DNA from: a candidate division FCPU426 bacterium
GTDB taxonomy: Bacteria > Oederibacteriota > PGYV01 > Palsa-1178
Assembly (NCBI GenBank): GCA_963840035.1
Contig: CAWIXE010000001.1
Span: 256,001 to 320,000 of the forward strand
Direction: 5' to 3'
DNA length: 64,000 nt
The translations under genes and the position numbers were made by a program. Under the pieces are notes generated by a model. That model searched no databases. It saw only the letters and a program-made list of their open reading frames with translations, and was not told where the DNA came from. Of the stretch, positions 11,078 to 20,186 are shown piece after piece; positions within the stretch are counted from its first letter, which is position 1, and every line of letters begins with the position of its first letter.

Positions 11078-14000
11078 CCTTATCTTCCAGGAACCATCCG
11101 GCTGCCTGCTCCGCGTACTTTAGCATCAGGGAAGCCTGGTCAAAATACGCAATCCTCGCAAGCCCCGCTGAATTATATTTGATGGAAGTGTATGCCGCGT
11201 CATCCGTTGCAATCCTCTCCGACCTGTAATTTTTGTCCCCGCCCTGCGCCGGGGTCGGTATAAGAGTTACTGTCTGTGTGAATGTGGCCGAAAACATTAA
11301 TGAATTGCATTTATATATTATTCCGTCAGCCCCGTTTGACGCGCCGTTGCCCGGGCCTGCGTTAGCGCTGACAGCTCCTGTAAAACCATATGTCCCTGTA
11401 GTGCAAAGGTTTATCAATCCGCCGGACCCGCCGCCGCCGCCATTGGGCCAGCCTTTTCCGCCGTTGGCCATGACAAAACCTGTCCCGTCTATTATCTGCG
11501 CCATGACGTTTATCGCGCCGCCCGCGCCGCCGCCTGCGCCGTTTATCGGCGTGCCGCCGGTAAAATAACCGGCTCCGTTCATTTCCATATTGCCGTTTAT
11601 GGTGACCCTGCCTGCCGGGTTATATAATATGAGGGCAGCTCCTCCGTTATATCCTACTTTCGCGCTTGACCCTCCGCCTCCGGCGCCTGAGTACTGAGGA
11701 AACAGCGGATCATCATATCCCACTCCGCCGTTTGCCGCGTTCTTTCCGTTTCCGCCGTAACCCGCGTGGCCGCCGCCTCCTCCTCCCGAAGCTCCGTCCG
11801 GCGCCGCGTTATACTGCGCCAATTGTCCCATGCCGCTGGACATGGTTGCGCCCCCGGAAAATCCGAGGCTGGTGCCGCTCACGTAACCGCCCGCGTCAAT
11901 TACAAAATCGCCGCCGGTCACCGTTATGGTCACCGCGCCGGGCCCCTGTATGGAAAGCGTGCTGCCGCTGTAAATATGCACTGAGCAGAATGAATAATTC
12001 CCCGCTGTCAACGTCATGTCCGTGGCGACCTCAAGCGCGCATGAAGTCGGTGTGACCGTCGGAGTTATGGTCCATGAAGGCGTGCGCGTGGGCGTAAGGG
12101 AAAAAGATGATGTCGGTGTGCCTCCCACGCGCAGGCGGAAGGAAATATCCCCGGGCTGCGCTGTCCACGCTCCGCCGCCGTTCACGCTGGTGGACATGTA
12201 TGCTGACTGGCCGAGCCATGTTACGAGCTCGTACGGCAGCCCCGCGGTCAGGAGTTTTTCTCCCACTATCATATAGGGTGATGTTGACGCGCCTGAAGGC
12301 GATGTGAGCACTAGGCTGTACTGCTTTCCCGTTTCAAAGTATACGCCGTTTGTAAGGGGTTTTTCAACCCACACAGGCGTCTGCTGCGCCTCGGCAGCGG
12401 TCATAAAAGTGCCGCTGGTCATGGTCACGCCGTCGGTCCAGTTATATATGGAGTAGTACAGGCTGTCCGCGGGGACGTTCGCGGTCCTTGTGACATAAAG
12501 CCCCATGTTATATGCCCAGAAATTTCCGAACCCGGCGTCAGGCCCGGGAAAAGTTTCCTTTACAAAATTTCCGGTCCCTCCGGTGCCGTATACAGGCTGG
12601 TTCCCTTTTGAAGTGTACACCTTTCCCTGGTCATTTGCCGCCGTGTTGTATTCCAGTTCAAATATCGGCGACGACCCGTACCGAAGCCAGGTTGTGCCTA
12701 CGTTATTTGAAAGAAGCGTATCAGAAAAACCGTCGTATGTTGACGTTACAGGATCAAGATAAGTGTTTGTGTTCTGTCCCATCGCTATCTGCCCGTAGTT
12801 TGAGACGTTTATAGTCCCTGTATCATAACCTATCAGCAGGTGGTATTTTGTCCCGGCTGTCAGTACTATGTTGGTCAGCGCCGCGCTCCTCCACGTGCCC
12901 GCGGCCGCTGTCATGGTCCCCGAGGTCAGGGACACTCCTGTCGGAAGCCCCCCGCTGTCCGCCTTTATTGCCACCCTGTAAGTCGGGCTTGTTCCCAAAG
13001 CGCCTGACCATAGTATGTTTGCCTTGTTCACGGTATCGGTCACCTTCTGCGTGAACCTGAAATCTATCATGACGCTCGCGCTTGACATTATATTTCCCTG
13101 CAGCAGCGTGAACGTATCCCTGTTCCCCCAGTACTGGTATGACGGGCAGTACTGTATAGCGGCCGTGTAAATATATGCTTCGCTCGCGGCGCCGGTCATG
13201 GTTGCCGGGAAGGTTCCCCACGACGATGTGAGCGTGTACGCGTCGCCCGCGTTTGCTGAAGAGTAAGCGACCAGCCCTCCGCCGTTCATCATGAACGCGG
13301 CCCAGTAGGTGCCCTTGGGCAGGCTGGTGAAGGGGAATGAAAAGCTCTGAATTCCGTTTACAAGCGCCGCCGCGCCTGACTCGAAAAGTTTTGTCCCGGG
13401 TATGCCCGCGTTGTCCGCGTAAACAGCCATGCGCCCCTGGAAAGCGCCCGCAGTGTTGACTCCGAGAAGCCCGGCGAACGCGTAGCCGTCCTCGGGCATA
13501 TAAAATCTCGTTGCCTTTATGACTCCGGATACTCCCGTATAATTATTCGCTCCCATTCCTGTCTTGCCGGCGGGCATGGGCTGGCTGCATACCGTCGGGC
13601 TCGGGGTCTGGGTGTTTGTTGGGGTGAACGTTGCCGTCATTGTCCAGGTGGAAGTGCGGGTGCTTGTCGGCGATATTGATGGCGTGCTCGTGGGCGACAT
13701 TACTGCCGGGTCATAAAAACGCCATGCCGCGGCATCCTGGTATGTTGATGTAAGCGATGTTATGCCGCCCATTACGATCCTTCCCAGCGGGTCAATGCAC
13801 ATACTGTATCCTATATCCGTGTCAGATCCCGGTTGGGTAAAACCATAGTAGTAATTTGCCCCTGAATAAGTGCTGTCAACCGTTCCGTTGGAGTTCAGCC
13901 TTCCGGTAAAAGCATACCCGGAGCTGTTTCCTCCGAACAGGATCTTATTGCCCGCGTCAGTATAAACTCCATATGCAGCATCATCATTGCCGGACGGGGC

Positions 14001-15137
14001 AAGCGTAATATATCCTGTCCCGTTGAATGAAGTGTCAAGAGGGCTGCCCGAAGGGTTTAGCCTCCAGAAAGCAAGGTCCTTATTTCCGGAGGAATTATTT
14101 GCGTATCCGCCCGCGACGTATTTTCCGTTTGTATCCACAGTTACATCAAAGGCGCCTTCGGCCTTCATTGACCCGCCTGCCGCGTTTTTATGGGTGAAGA
14201 ATCCGGTTCCGTTAAAGCCCGTGTCAAAGGAGCCGTCGGGATTAAGGACCCATACGGCCATATCGTAGTTTGCTGTCGTTTCAGCGTTATAGCTGTAACC
14301 GCATATTACTATTTTGCCTGCGGCGGTTATGGTCAGCCCGTACGCGTAGTCGGCTGCTGCGGCTCCTGAACCGCCTGCCGCTCCCGCATGCGTGCGCCAT
14401 CCTACCGGGGAATTAAATGTGTTATCTATGGTGCCGTTAGGGTTGAAACGCCAGACAGCCATGTCCCATCCGTTTGTGGATGACTGGGCGGCTCCCGCCA
14501 GTACTATCTTTCCGTCAGGCTGGATGAAAATTCCATAGCCCCTGTTGTTCCCCGCGGACCCCGTGGCCGCGGTCATGGTGACATAACCTTTTGACGCGTT
14601 GAATCCTGATGTGTTGAGTGTGCCGTCTCCGTTATAGCACCAGACGGCCGCGGCATTATACCCTGATATGTCCGTCGTATAGCCTCCGACATAAAGTTTT
14701 CCGTCAGAAGAACTTACCATCACTGATTTTCCGCAGTCAGTCCCTCCTCCACCGGCGTCATTATTGCGGAACACCCAGCCGTTAGGCGCTCCGAATGTGG
14801 TGTCAAGTTTTCCGTTCGGAAGGAGTTTCCACACCACCATGTCGTCGGTTGCCGATGTGCCCAAGCTGCTTCCCGTCATGTATAAGCTTCCTCCGGGGCC
14901 GTTGCAGATGCCGTATACGTAGTCATACTGTGCCGCGCCATATCCGCCGCCTGCGGCGTTATCCTGCCTGAAATACCCGCCGGTCCCGAAATCGGCGTCT
15001 ATGGTCCATGACGCTGATATAATGGAAGGCATTAATAAACAAACGGCAATAAGGACGGGCATAAATATCCCGTTCAAAAAAACCCTGCTTTTTTCTCTTA
15101 TGCACACCTTTTTCATCTCTGCTTTTTCCACATTCAC
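11070..15137 (-). CDS. N-terminal segment of the giant secreted protein (signal peptide, delta-60-like repeats, Thr/Pro linkers, Gly-rich domain)
   Basis: 1355-aa ORF; hydrophobic signal (VLIAVCLLMPSIISA); repeated DMAVWR...G.LDTSFNGTG units; start could be 15137, 15131 or 15116. Confidence 0.85.
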   Translation of the reverse strand: MNVEKAEMKKVCIREKSRVFLNGIFMPVLIAVCLLMPSIISASWTIDADFGTGGYFRQDNAAGGGYGAAQYDYVYGICNGPGGSLYMTGSSLGTSATDDMVVWKLLPNGKLDTTFGAPNGWVFRNNDAGGGGTDCGKSVMVSSSDGKLYVGGYTTDISGYNAAAVWCYNGDGTLNTSGFNASKGYVTMTAATGSAGNNRGYGIFIQPDGKIVLAGAAQSSTNGWDMAVWRFNPNGTIDNTFNSPVGWRTHAGAAGGSGAAAADYAYGLTITAAGKIVICGYSYNAETTANYDMAVWVLNPDGSFDTGFNGTGFFTHKNAAGGSMKAEGAFDVTVDTNGKYVAGGYANNSSGNKDLAFWRLNPSGSPLDTSFNGTGYITLAPSGNDDAAYGVYTDAGNKILFGGNSSGYAFTGRLNSNGTVDSTYSGANYYYGFTQPGSDTDIGYSMCIDPLGRIVMGGITSLTSTYQDAAAWRFYDPAVMSPTSTPSISPTSTRTSTWTMTATFTPTNTQTPSPTVCSQPMPAGKTGMGANNYTGVSGVIKATRFYMPEDGYAFAGLLGVNTAGAFQGRMAVYADNAGIPGTKLFESGAAALVNGIQSFSFPFTSLPKGTYWAAFMMNGGGLVAYSSANAGDAYTLTSSWGTFPATMTGAASEAYIYTAAIQYCPSYQYWGNRDTFTLLQGNIMSSASVMIDFRFTQKVTDTVNKANILWSGALGTSPTYRVAIKADSGGLPTGVSLTSGTMTAAAGTWRSAALTNIVLTAGTKYHLLIGYDTGTINVSNYGQIAMGQNTNTYLDPVTSTYDGFSDTLLSNNVGTTWLRYGSSPIFELEYNTAANDQGKVYTSKGNQPVYGTGGTGNFVKETFPGPDAGFGNFWAYNMGLYVTRTANVPADSLYYSIYNWTDGVTMTSGTFMTAAEAQQTPVWVEKPLTNGVYFETGKQYSLVLTSPSGASTSPYMIVGEKLLTAGLPYELVTWLGQSAYMSTSVNGGGAWTAQPGDISFRLRVGGTPTSSFSLTPTRTPSWTITPTVTPTSCALEVATDMTLTAGNYSFCSVHIYSGSTLSIQGPGAVTITVTGGDFVIDAGGYVSGTSLGFSGGATMSSGMGQLAQYNAAPDGASGGGGGGHAGYGGNGKNAANGGVGYDDPLFPQYSGAGGGGSSAKVGYNGGAALILYNPAGRVTINGNMEMNGAGYFTGGTPINGAGGGAGGAINVMAQIIDGTGFVMANGGKGWPNGGGGGSGGLINLCTTGTYGFTGAVSANAGPGNGASNGADGIIYKCNSLMFSATFTQTVTLIPTPAQGGDKNYRSERIATDDAAYTSIKYNSAGLARIAYFDQASLMLKYAEQAAGWFLEDKGA

Positions 15138-15140
15138 CTT

Positions 15141-15629
15141 TTACAGCCGTAATAAAAACAATATCGTTTGAGTTTCAGAGACAAGAGACTGGAGACTGGA
15201 GAAAACAATAAGCGTTCTTGTTGTCTCTTGTCTCTTGTCTCTTGTCTCTTGTCTCCTGTCTCTAACAGTCCTGGAAACGCCGCCGTCTTCTGACTCGGCG
15301 CTAAATTTTGATTTAAGGTTGTTTTCAAGGTTTGTGAAAGAGCCGTCAGCCTCCTGCGTGAAGCGGGCCTGTATTTCCTGCCACTTGCCTGATTTGTCCT
15401 TATAGTTTATGGGGGCTGCCGAAAGTTCGGCAGTGTATGACCCGTCCGCGTTATTGAACATCCTGGAATACGGCCCGGTTATCTCGGTTTTTTTAACATA
15501 AGGTTCTTTTGATTCTTTTTTGAGTTCTTTTGGGATGGAAAACGACAAAGTTTCAGCGGACAGAAAATCCCCGCTGATTAATAAAGCCAGCAAAATTGTT
15601 GAAATTAGCTTAATGAGCCATTTCCCCAC
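15141..15629 (-). pseudogene. Truncated secreted protein resembling the N-terminal domain of large WapA/RHS-associated proteins
   Basis: GAGGAG then GTG at 15629, signal peptide, motif SRMFNNADGSYTAELSAAPINYKDKSGKWQEI; frame then runs into AGACAAG heptamer repeats (RQETRDKRQET) and stops. Confidence 0.5.
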
Positions 15630-15802
15630 TCGGGCGTTCTCCTCATTGTTATACCATTGCCCGCGCGCCGTCTTCCTGCATTCTCGTTTTAGTGCAAATT
15701 TCAATGGTATATTAGTATATCAATTTACCGCCTAATTTTCTACCAAAATATCTAACAACACTCTTTTGATATGATTACATTCTGAAAAAGTAATTTTATG
15801 CC

Positions 15803-17383
15803 TTATTTTACTATATATAGTTTTTTAGTTGTCTGGCCTGAAAGCTGTTTTACAATCACAAAATACAGGCCTTTGCCAACCTTTTTTGACTTGTCATTTG
15901 TCCCGTTCCACCAGGCTGTGTATGTACCCGGGGCCAGGTCAAAGATATAAAACTCCCTCACCAGCTCCCCGTTCAAGTTATATATTGCGATGGATGACCT
16001 CCCGCCTTTTTCTATGACATAATCTATCCTCACCTGCTCGCCTTTTGTAGGGTCAAAATAGTTCTTATCCGTCTTTACCTTTTCCTCAGGCGTTGCAGTT
16101 GGCGGGACAACCGGCGTATTTGTCGCTGTTGCCGCCGGTGTAACAGGGGTATTTGTGGCAGTTGGTAGCTGGGCTATGTTAAATATGTTTGTCTGTACCT
16201 GCGCTGATTCTATGGAAGTTGTATTCTCCGAACCCCTCGCCGACGCCGTAAAATAACCCGTGCCTGTTCCGGCAGCTTTATAAATCCACGTAAAGGTAAA
16301 CGCCCCTGTGGAGCTTATTGCCGACGCGTTGGCCGGTATCGGGCCGTATACATACTGCACACTGCCGGTTCCTGTGTACCCGGGAAGCGACTGGGGTACT
16401 ACGCTTGTTGCCCCGAGATTTCCGCTGTTTGATACCACAAGCTTTACTGTTACGTTCTGGTCGAGCAGAGCGTTTGCCGGCGCAACCGACGCCGATGCCT
16501 GCAAATTCGCGCCTGACACATTTACCGCTGCCTCCGCGCTTTCATAATAAGTGCCGCCGTACATGTAGTCGTATTTTAACGACGCTGAATTTATTTTTGA
16601 AGTGCCGTACGTGATTATTCCAGGCTGGCATTCCGCCATGATATATATATCCCCGGCTGCCAGGTAGGAAAGGTTTCCGGCGCTGAACGAAATAAAATTT
16701 CCGTTTATCAGCGGTGTTAAAAGCGGCGCTGAGTATGTTCCGACTATTGACATCCCCTGCGGTATGGTATCCCAGACCTGTACCGCGTTTGCCTGGTGAA
16801 TATTGCTTAAGTTCTGATAATTGATATGGTAAGTAACCGTGTTTTTTGCCATTACGGAAGTGACGTTGGCTGATTTCAAAATTTTTACGTTTGTGACGCG
16901 CATTGAGGGCTGGCTGTCTAAGGCCGCGTATGAGGCGCCTGTAGCTGACTCGTTTATTTTAAATACGTATTCACCCGGGTACATGGGGGTGGAAACGCCG
17001 TAGCCTGTCGCGAGGTCGCCGTAGACAATCTCCATGTAGTCATTGGTTGCCATGTCCAGTGCTGTTATTGTGACGGCGTTCCCTGACAATAAAATATTTG
17101 CCTGCGGCACGGGTTCCGCGGTGGAGCCGCTCCTGTATATGGTGGCTTTCATGACTCCCTGGGAAGACGTTATAAATGTAGGCGGGCTGGTAAACGCGTC
17201 AGGTATGACAAGCTCCAGTTTTCCCGCAGAAATGCCGTATGCAGGAGGGTAATACAGGACCTTAACTTCCACGCCGTTCCCGTTCGGGGCCGCTTCCTGC
17301 GGCGTGATGGAAGCCGTGCCTGTCATTGCGTATGATGCCGCGCTTATCAGCAATATAATTGCCGCTGTAACTGATCGTTTCAT
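15803..17383 (-). CDS. Secreted protein with DUF11-like domain, Thr/Pro linker and C-terminal FlgD-like Ig domain
   Basis: Signal peptide; KSANVTSV...VTYHINYQN...VWDTIPQG; C-terminus IYNLNGELVR...WWNGTNDKSKKVGKGLYFVIV. Confidence 0.8.
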   Translation of the reverse strand: MKRSVTAAIILLISAASYAMTGTASITPQEAAPNGNGVEVKVLYYPPAYGISAGKLELVIPDAFTSPPTFITSSQGVMKATIYRSGSTAEPVPQANILLSGNAVTITALDMATNDYMEIVYGDLATGYGVSTPMYPGEYVFKINESATGASYAALDSQPSMRVTNVKILKSANVTSVMAKNTVTYHINYQNLSNIHQANAVQVWDTIPQGMSIVGTYSAPLLTPLINGNFISFSAGNLSYLAAGDIYIMAECQPGIITYGTSKINSASLKYDYMYGGTYYESAEAAVNVSGANLQASASVAPANALLDQNVTVKLVVSNSGNLGATSVVPQSLPGYTGTGSVQYVYGPIPANASAISSTGAFTFTWIYKAAGTGTGYFTASARGSENTTSIESAQVQTNIFNIAQLPTATNTPVTPAATATNTPVVPPTATPEEKVKTDKNYFDPTKGEQVRIDYVIEKGGRSSIAIYNLNGELVREFYIFDLAPGTYTAWWNGTNDKSKKVGKGLYFVIVKQLSGQTTKKLYIVK

Positions 17384-18201
17384 TGTTCTTCGCCTCCTCT
17401 TTTGACTGCTGTCGTAAATATCCTGTTTTTAAGCGCTGAAACCGCTGCCGCGCCGTAGCCGCCTTCAATTATCTTCATTTTATCGGATAATTTTTTTGAA
17501 AGATCCGCGTACTTATCCCTGCCGAGCCCGGCCTTTACGGATTTAAACCTGAGGAAGAGCAGCCCTGTCAGGGCTTCTTCCACGGTCCTTGCGGCTTCGT
17601 CGTGCGCCATGGCGCACGCTTCAATATTCTTTGCCATTCTTTCATTGTCAATTGAGCCGTTTACCCGGAGGTTTCCGTCCGCGCTCCAGTTTGTGTTCTT
17701 AAGCACCGGGTAAGCCAGCGCTGATTTTTCAAGCGTCCGCAGCATCATATTCTCCACATTTTTTTTATCTATGACCGCCGTCAGTTCCGCGCTCATGATG
17801 CGCCTTATCTCATCAAATCCCTCAAGCACTTCAATGATATCCTTTGGCGCGGTTGCCGGGACGCCCGCCGGGGCTGCCATGTCCTGGGCCGCTTTCATTT
17901 CCTTTTCTATCTCAGCCGCCCTTTTTATCAGGTCATCCGCGGAATTATCCACGGCAGCTGGTTCCTGTTTTACTTCAGGTTTTCTTTCCCTGCTTGCCTT
18001 TTCCGCCAGTTCCATCTCCGCGAATTTATTGACCACTATTTTTGCCGCCGCCTTTTCTTCGGCCGGAGGCGCTGTTTTTTTTACTTCCACGGGCACGTCG
18101 ATTTTTTCAGGGGATTTTGCCGGCGCTTTTTTCGCCGGTTCAACTGTCCCGAATATGTCGCCAAGGTCCTCTGTGTTAATCGACATCTCGTCGCGTGTCA
18201 T
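17380..18201 (-). CDS. Hypothetical protein (disordered acidic/Ala-Pro N-half, helical C-half)
   Basis: 273-aa ORF with AGGAG upstream; ATGA overlap with the next gene. Confidence 0.75.
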   Translation of the reverse strand: MTRDEMSINTEDLGDIFGTVEPAKKAPAKSPEKIDVPVEVKKTAPPAEEKAAAKIVVNKFAEMELAEKASRERKPEVKQEPAAVDNSADDLIKRAAEIEKEMKAAQDMAAPAGVPATAPKDIIEVLEGFDEIRRIMSAELTAVIDKKNVENMMLRTLEKSALAYPVLKNTNWSADGNLRVNGSIDNERMAKNIEACAMAHDEAARTVEEALTGLLFLRFKSVKAGLGRDKYADLSKKLSDKMKIIEGGYGAAAVSALKNRIFTTAVKRGGEEQ

Positions 18202-18311
18202 GGTACGTGATCTCCTTTTATTTATAATTCCCGATTACTGCCCCTGCATTTCTGCGAAGGCCTTCTTTGGGATTTGTGATTTGGGATCTGTGATTAACTT
18301 TCTACCCGCCA

Positions 18312-18686
18312 TTACCCTTTCTTCGCCTCTAAAATCGCCTCTATAATCGCGCCTTCGACCTTCCACGCGGCGTACTGGCTGAAATCTTCCGGTTCCGAAT
18401 GGCTGTAATTTCCGACCGCCTGTACCAGGGCCTTGTTTCCGGCGGCAATAAGCCATGCCAGCGTCAATCCTGCACCCCTGTAATTATTGGCTATATGTAC
18501 GACATTTTTCAGCTGGGACTGCACAAGGTGCATCCTCGCGTCGTCCTTTTCCTCTTTTGTTTTGGCCTTATCAAGTTTTTTGACAAGAACCTCCACCTGC
18601 TGAGCGCTAAAGTCCTTTGTTTTTCCTATTTGCACGAGGTAGATTTTCAGTTCCCTTTCGTCAATGCTGATCAGTTTTAATTTCAT
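18312..18686 (-). CDS. Stand-alone divergent sigma-70 region 1.2/region 2 protein (no regions 3/4)
   Basis: LKIYLVQIG...ARMHLVQSQLKNVVHIANNYRGAGL..WLIAAGNKALVQAV...FSQYAAWKVEGAI aligns by eye to the RpoD/RpoS consensus; only 124 aa. Confidence 0.8.
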   Translation of the reverse strand: MKLKLISIDERELKIYLVQIGKTKDFSAQQVEVLVKKLDKAKTKEEKDDARMHLVQSQLKNVVHIANNYRGAGLTLAWLIAAGNKALVQAVGNYSHSEPEDFSQYAAWKVEGAIIEAILEAKKG

Positions 18687-18690
18687 AAGT

Positions 18691-18867
18691 TCACTCCCCT
18701 GCTCCGCCGGACAATCCGGCCTGATTTTCTATCCATTTTTTTATTATTTTTAAGTTAACAAACTCGTTGCTGACCGCCTCAGGATGTTCCTTGAGGAATT
18801 TGTTTAATACATACTTTGAAACCCTCATATACTGCGCAGCTTCATTTTTAGTCGCCATAGTTTCCAT
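18691..18867 (-). CDS. Small 58-aa helix-turn-helix protein (HTH_17/excisionase-like)
   Basis: Manual translation METMATKNEAAQYMRVSKYVLNKFLKEHPEAVSNEFVNLKIIKKWIENQAGLSGGAGE; AAGGAGG RBS; stop 4 bp before the sigma-like gene. Confidence 0.7.
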   Translation of the reverse strand: METMATKNEAAQYMRVSKYVLNKFLKEHPEAVSNEFVNLKIIKKWIENQAGLSGGAGE

Positions 18868-18909
18868 ATGCTGCCTCCTTAGATTTCCTCACCGTTCCTC
18901 TATATTATA

Positions 18910-18925
18910 AGCATTACCCGTGCCA
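18910..18925 (-). promoter_or_regulatory. Putative sigma-54 (-24/-12) promoter
   Basis: Minus strand TGGCACGGGTAATGCT: GG-N10-GC spacing, one mismatch to TGGCACG-N4-TTGCW, ~30 bp upstream of the RBS. Confidence 0.65.
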
Positions 18926-19114
18926 ATAAAGGTCCAATGGAATATGGGGTTTTAGGGCTTTGTTTCATAATGCGGAAAAATAGTGTAAAGATTCTTTACA
19001 GGAGGGTTTGTTTTTGGACGGTTAAAACACTATTGTCTATTGACGATTGTCGATTGACTATTAGCTCTTCAACCTATCTGTACTATTAACATGTTCTGTT
19101 TGCAGTCTTTAGCC

Positions 19115-19229
19115 TGTCATTGCGAGGAGGCGTTTTTGTTACTTGCCGACGAAGCAATCTCGCTGTTTCAGAAGGAAAAAACGAGATTGCTTCGTCGCCA
19201 TAAACCAACAGCGGCTCCTCGCAATGACA
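19115..19229. repeat. TGTCATTGCGAG...GAAGCAATCTC-type palindromic element
   Basis: Arms tgtcattgcgaggag/ctcctcgcaatgaca and cgacgaagcaatctc/gagattgcttcgtcg; flanked by heptamer repeats. Confidence 0.75.
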
Positions 19230-19287
19230 AATTGTAAATACATCGTCTGAACAGTACAACCTATCGTCAATTGACAATAGATAATTG

Positions 19288-20016
19288 TCAATTATTTTCA
19301 ATTCTTTTAATGCTTTCCGATAACTTCCTGTTCTTCAAAACCAGTTCTTTTATTTCCCTGTCCACATCCAGGGTCATATTATCCGGTATATTTATGCCTG
19401 AGTTTTTTACCAGATTGAGTATTTGTTTTTCTTCCTTCATCATGTATATCCTCTCATCCAGCTGGACGAGCTTCCTTTTCATGAATTCAATGAGGTCTTT
19501 TTTTGCCTCCTGCGTCATATTATCCGCGAGCATTTCAGGGGCAGCTTCAAGCTTATAAAAACTTTCAAAGGCGCCGGTCGCCTTAACCCAGCCTTCCCTG
19601 GCGTCAAATATAGCCTTAAGCTCAGGGCACCCTGCCGCGGCGCAGTCCTTTACCTTTTTTGTGTATTCATCTATGACAAGCATGGAAAAAGTAAAATAGT
19701 CGTCCTTTAAGGCTGTCAGTTCCCTGTTTAAGGTATAGGATTCATAGCCGAGCTTGTTGCCGGCTTTCAGGAGATAATTTAATTTGAGTGTGTTTATAAA
19801 CGGGATAAAAAATCCGGATGTTTTTTCATTTTTTATGGAATCAATTTTCCTTGATACAGCCTCATATTTAATCCTGGCCCTGTCATAAGCCGCCTGTTTT
19901 ATCTTAATAGATTTATCCGCCGCATTGGCCTTCGCCATAAAGTCATCAAGCGCCCCGGCCCCGAAAAGGCTGGTTGCGAGTAAAACGGCGGCGAGGAGCG
20001 TGGTAATTTTTTTCAT
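19288..20016 (-). CDS. Hypothetical exported helical/coiled-coil protein
   Basis: 242 aa, signal peptide MKKITTLLAAVLLATSLFG, GGAG RBS. Confidence 0.75.
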   Translation of the reverse strand: MKKITTLLAAVLLATSLFGAGALDDFMAKANAADKSIKIKQAAYDRARIKYEAVSRKIDSIKNEKTSGFFIPFINTLKLNYLLKAGNKLGYESYTLNRELTALKDDYFTFSMLVIDEYTKKVKDCAAAGCPELKAIFDAREGWVKATGAFESFYKLEAAPEMLADNMTQEAKKDLIEFMKRKLVQLDERIYMMKEEKQILNLVKNSGINIPDNMTLDVDREIKELVLKNRKLSESIKRIENN

Positions 20017-20186
20017 TTTTTTGTTCTCCGTTTTTATTTCTTATTTATTATTTCTAATTTCTAATTAAAACCTGCGGCATGCGATGCAATCCTGATTTTT
20101 TTATGGCCTGCGCTATCCGCCTTCGCCAAGGCTTCGGCGGACTGGCTGCCAACATAATAAACAGCAGTAAACTGAAGTTTTCACCA

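Noticed and set aside
4296..11108. Invertible segment bounded by inverted GCAGGCAGCC sites
   Set aside because: The middle segment is already in coding orientation, the repeat is only 10 bp, and no recombinase is in the window.
19086..19301. 71-aa minus-strand ORF
   Set aside because: Largely a translation of the palindromic element and its flanking heptamer repeats.
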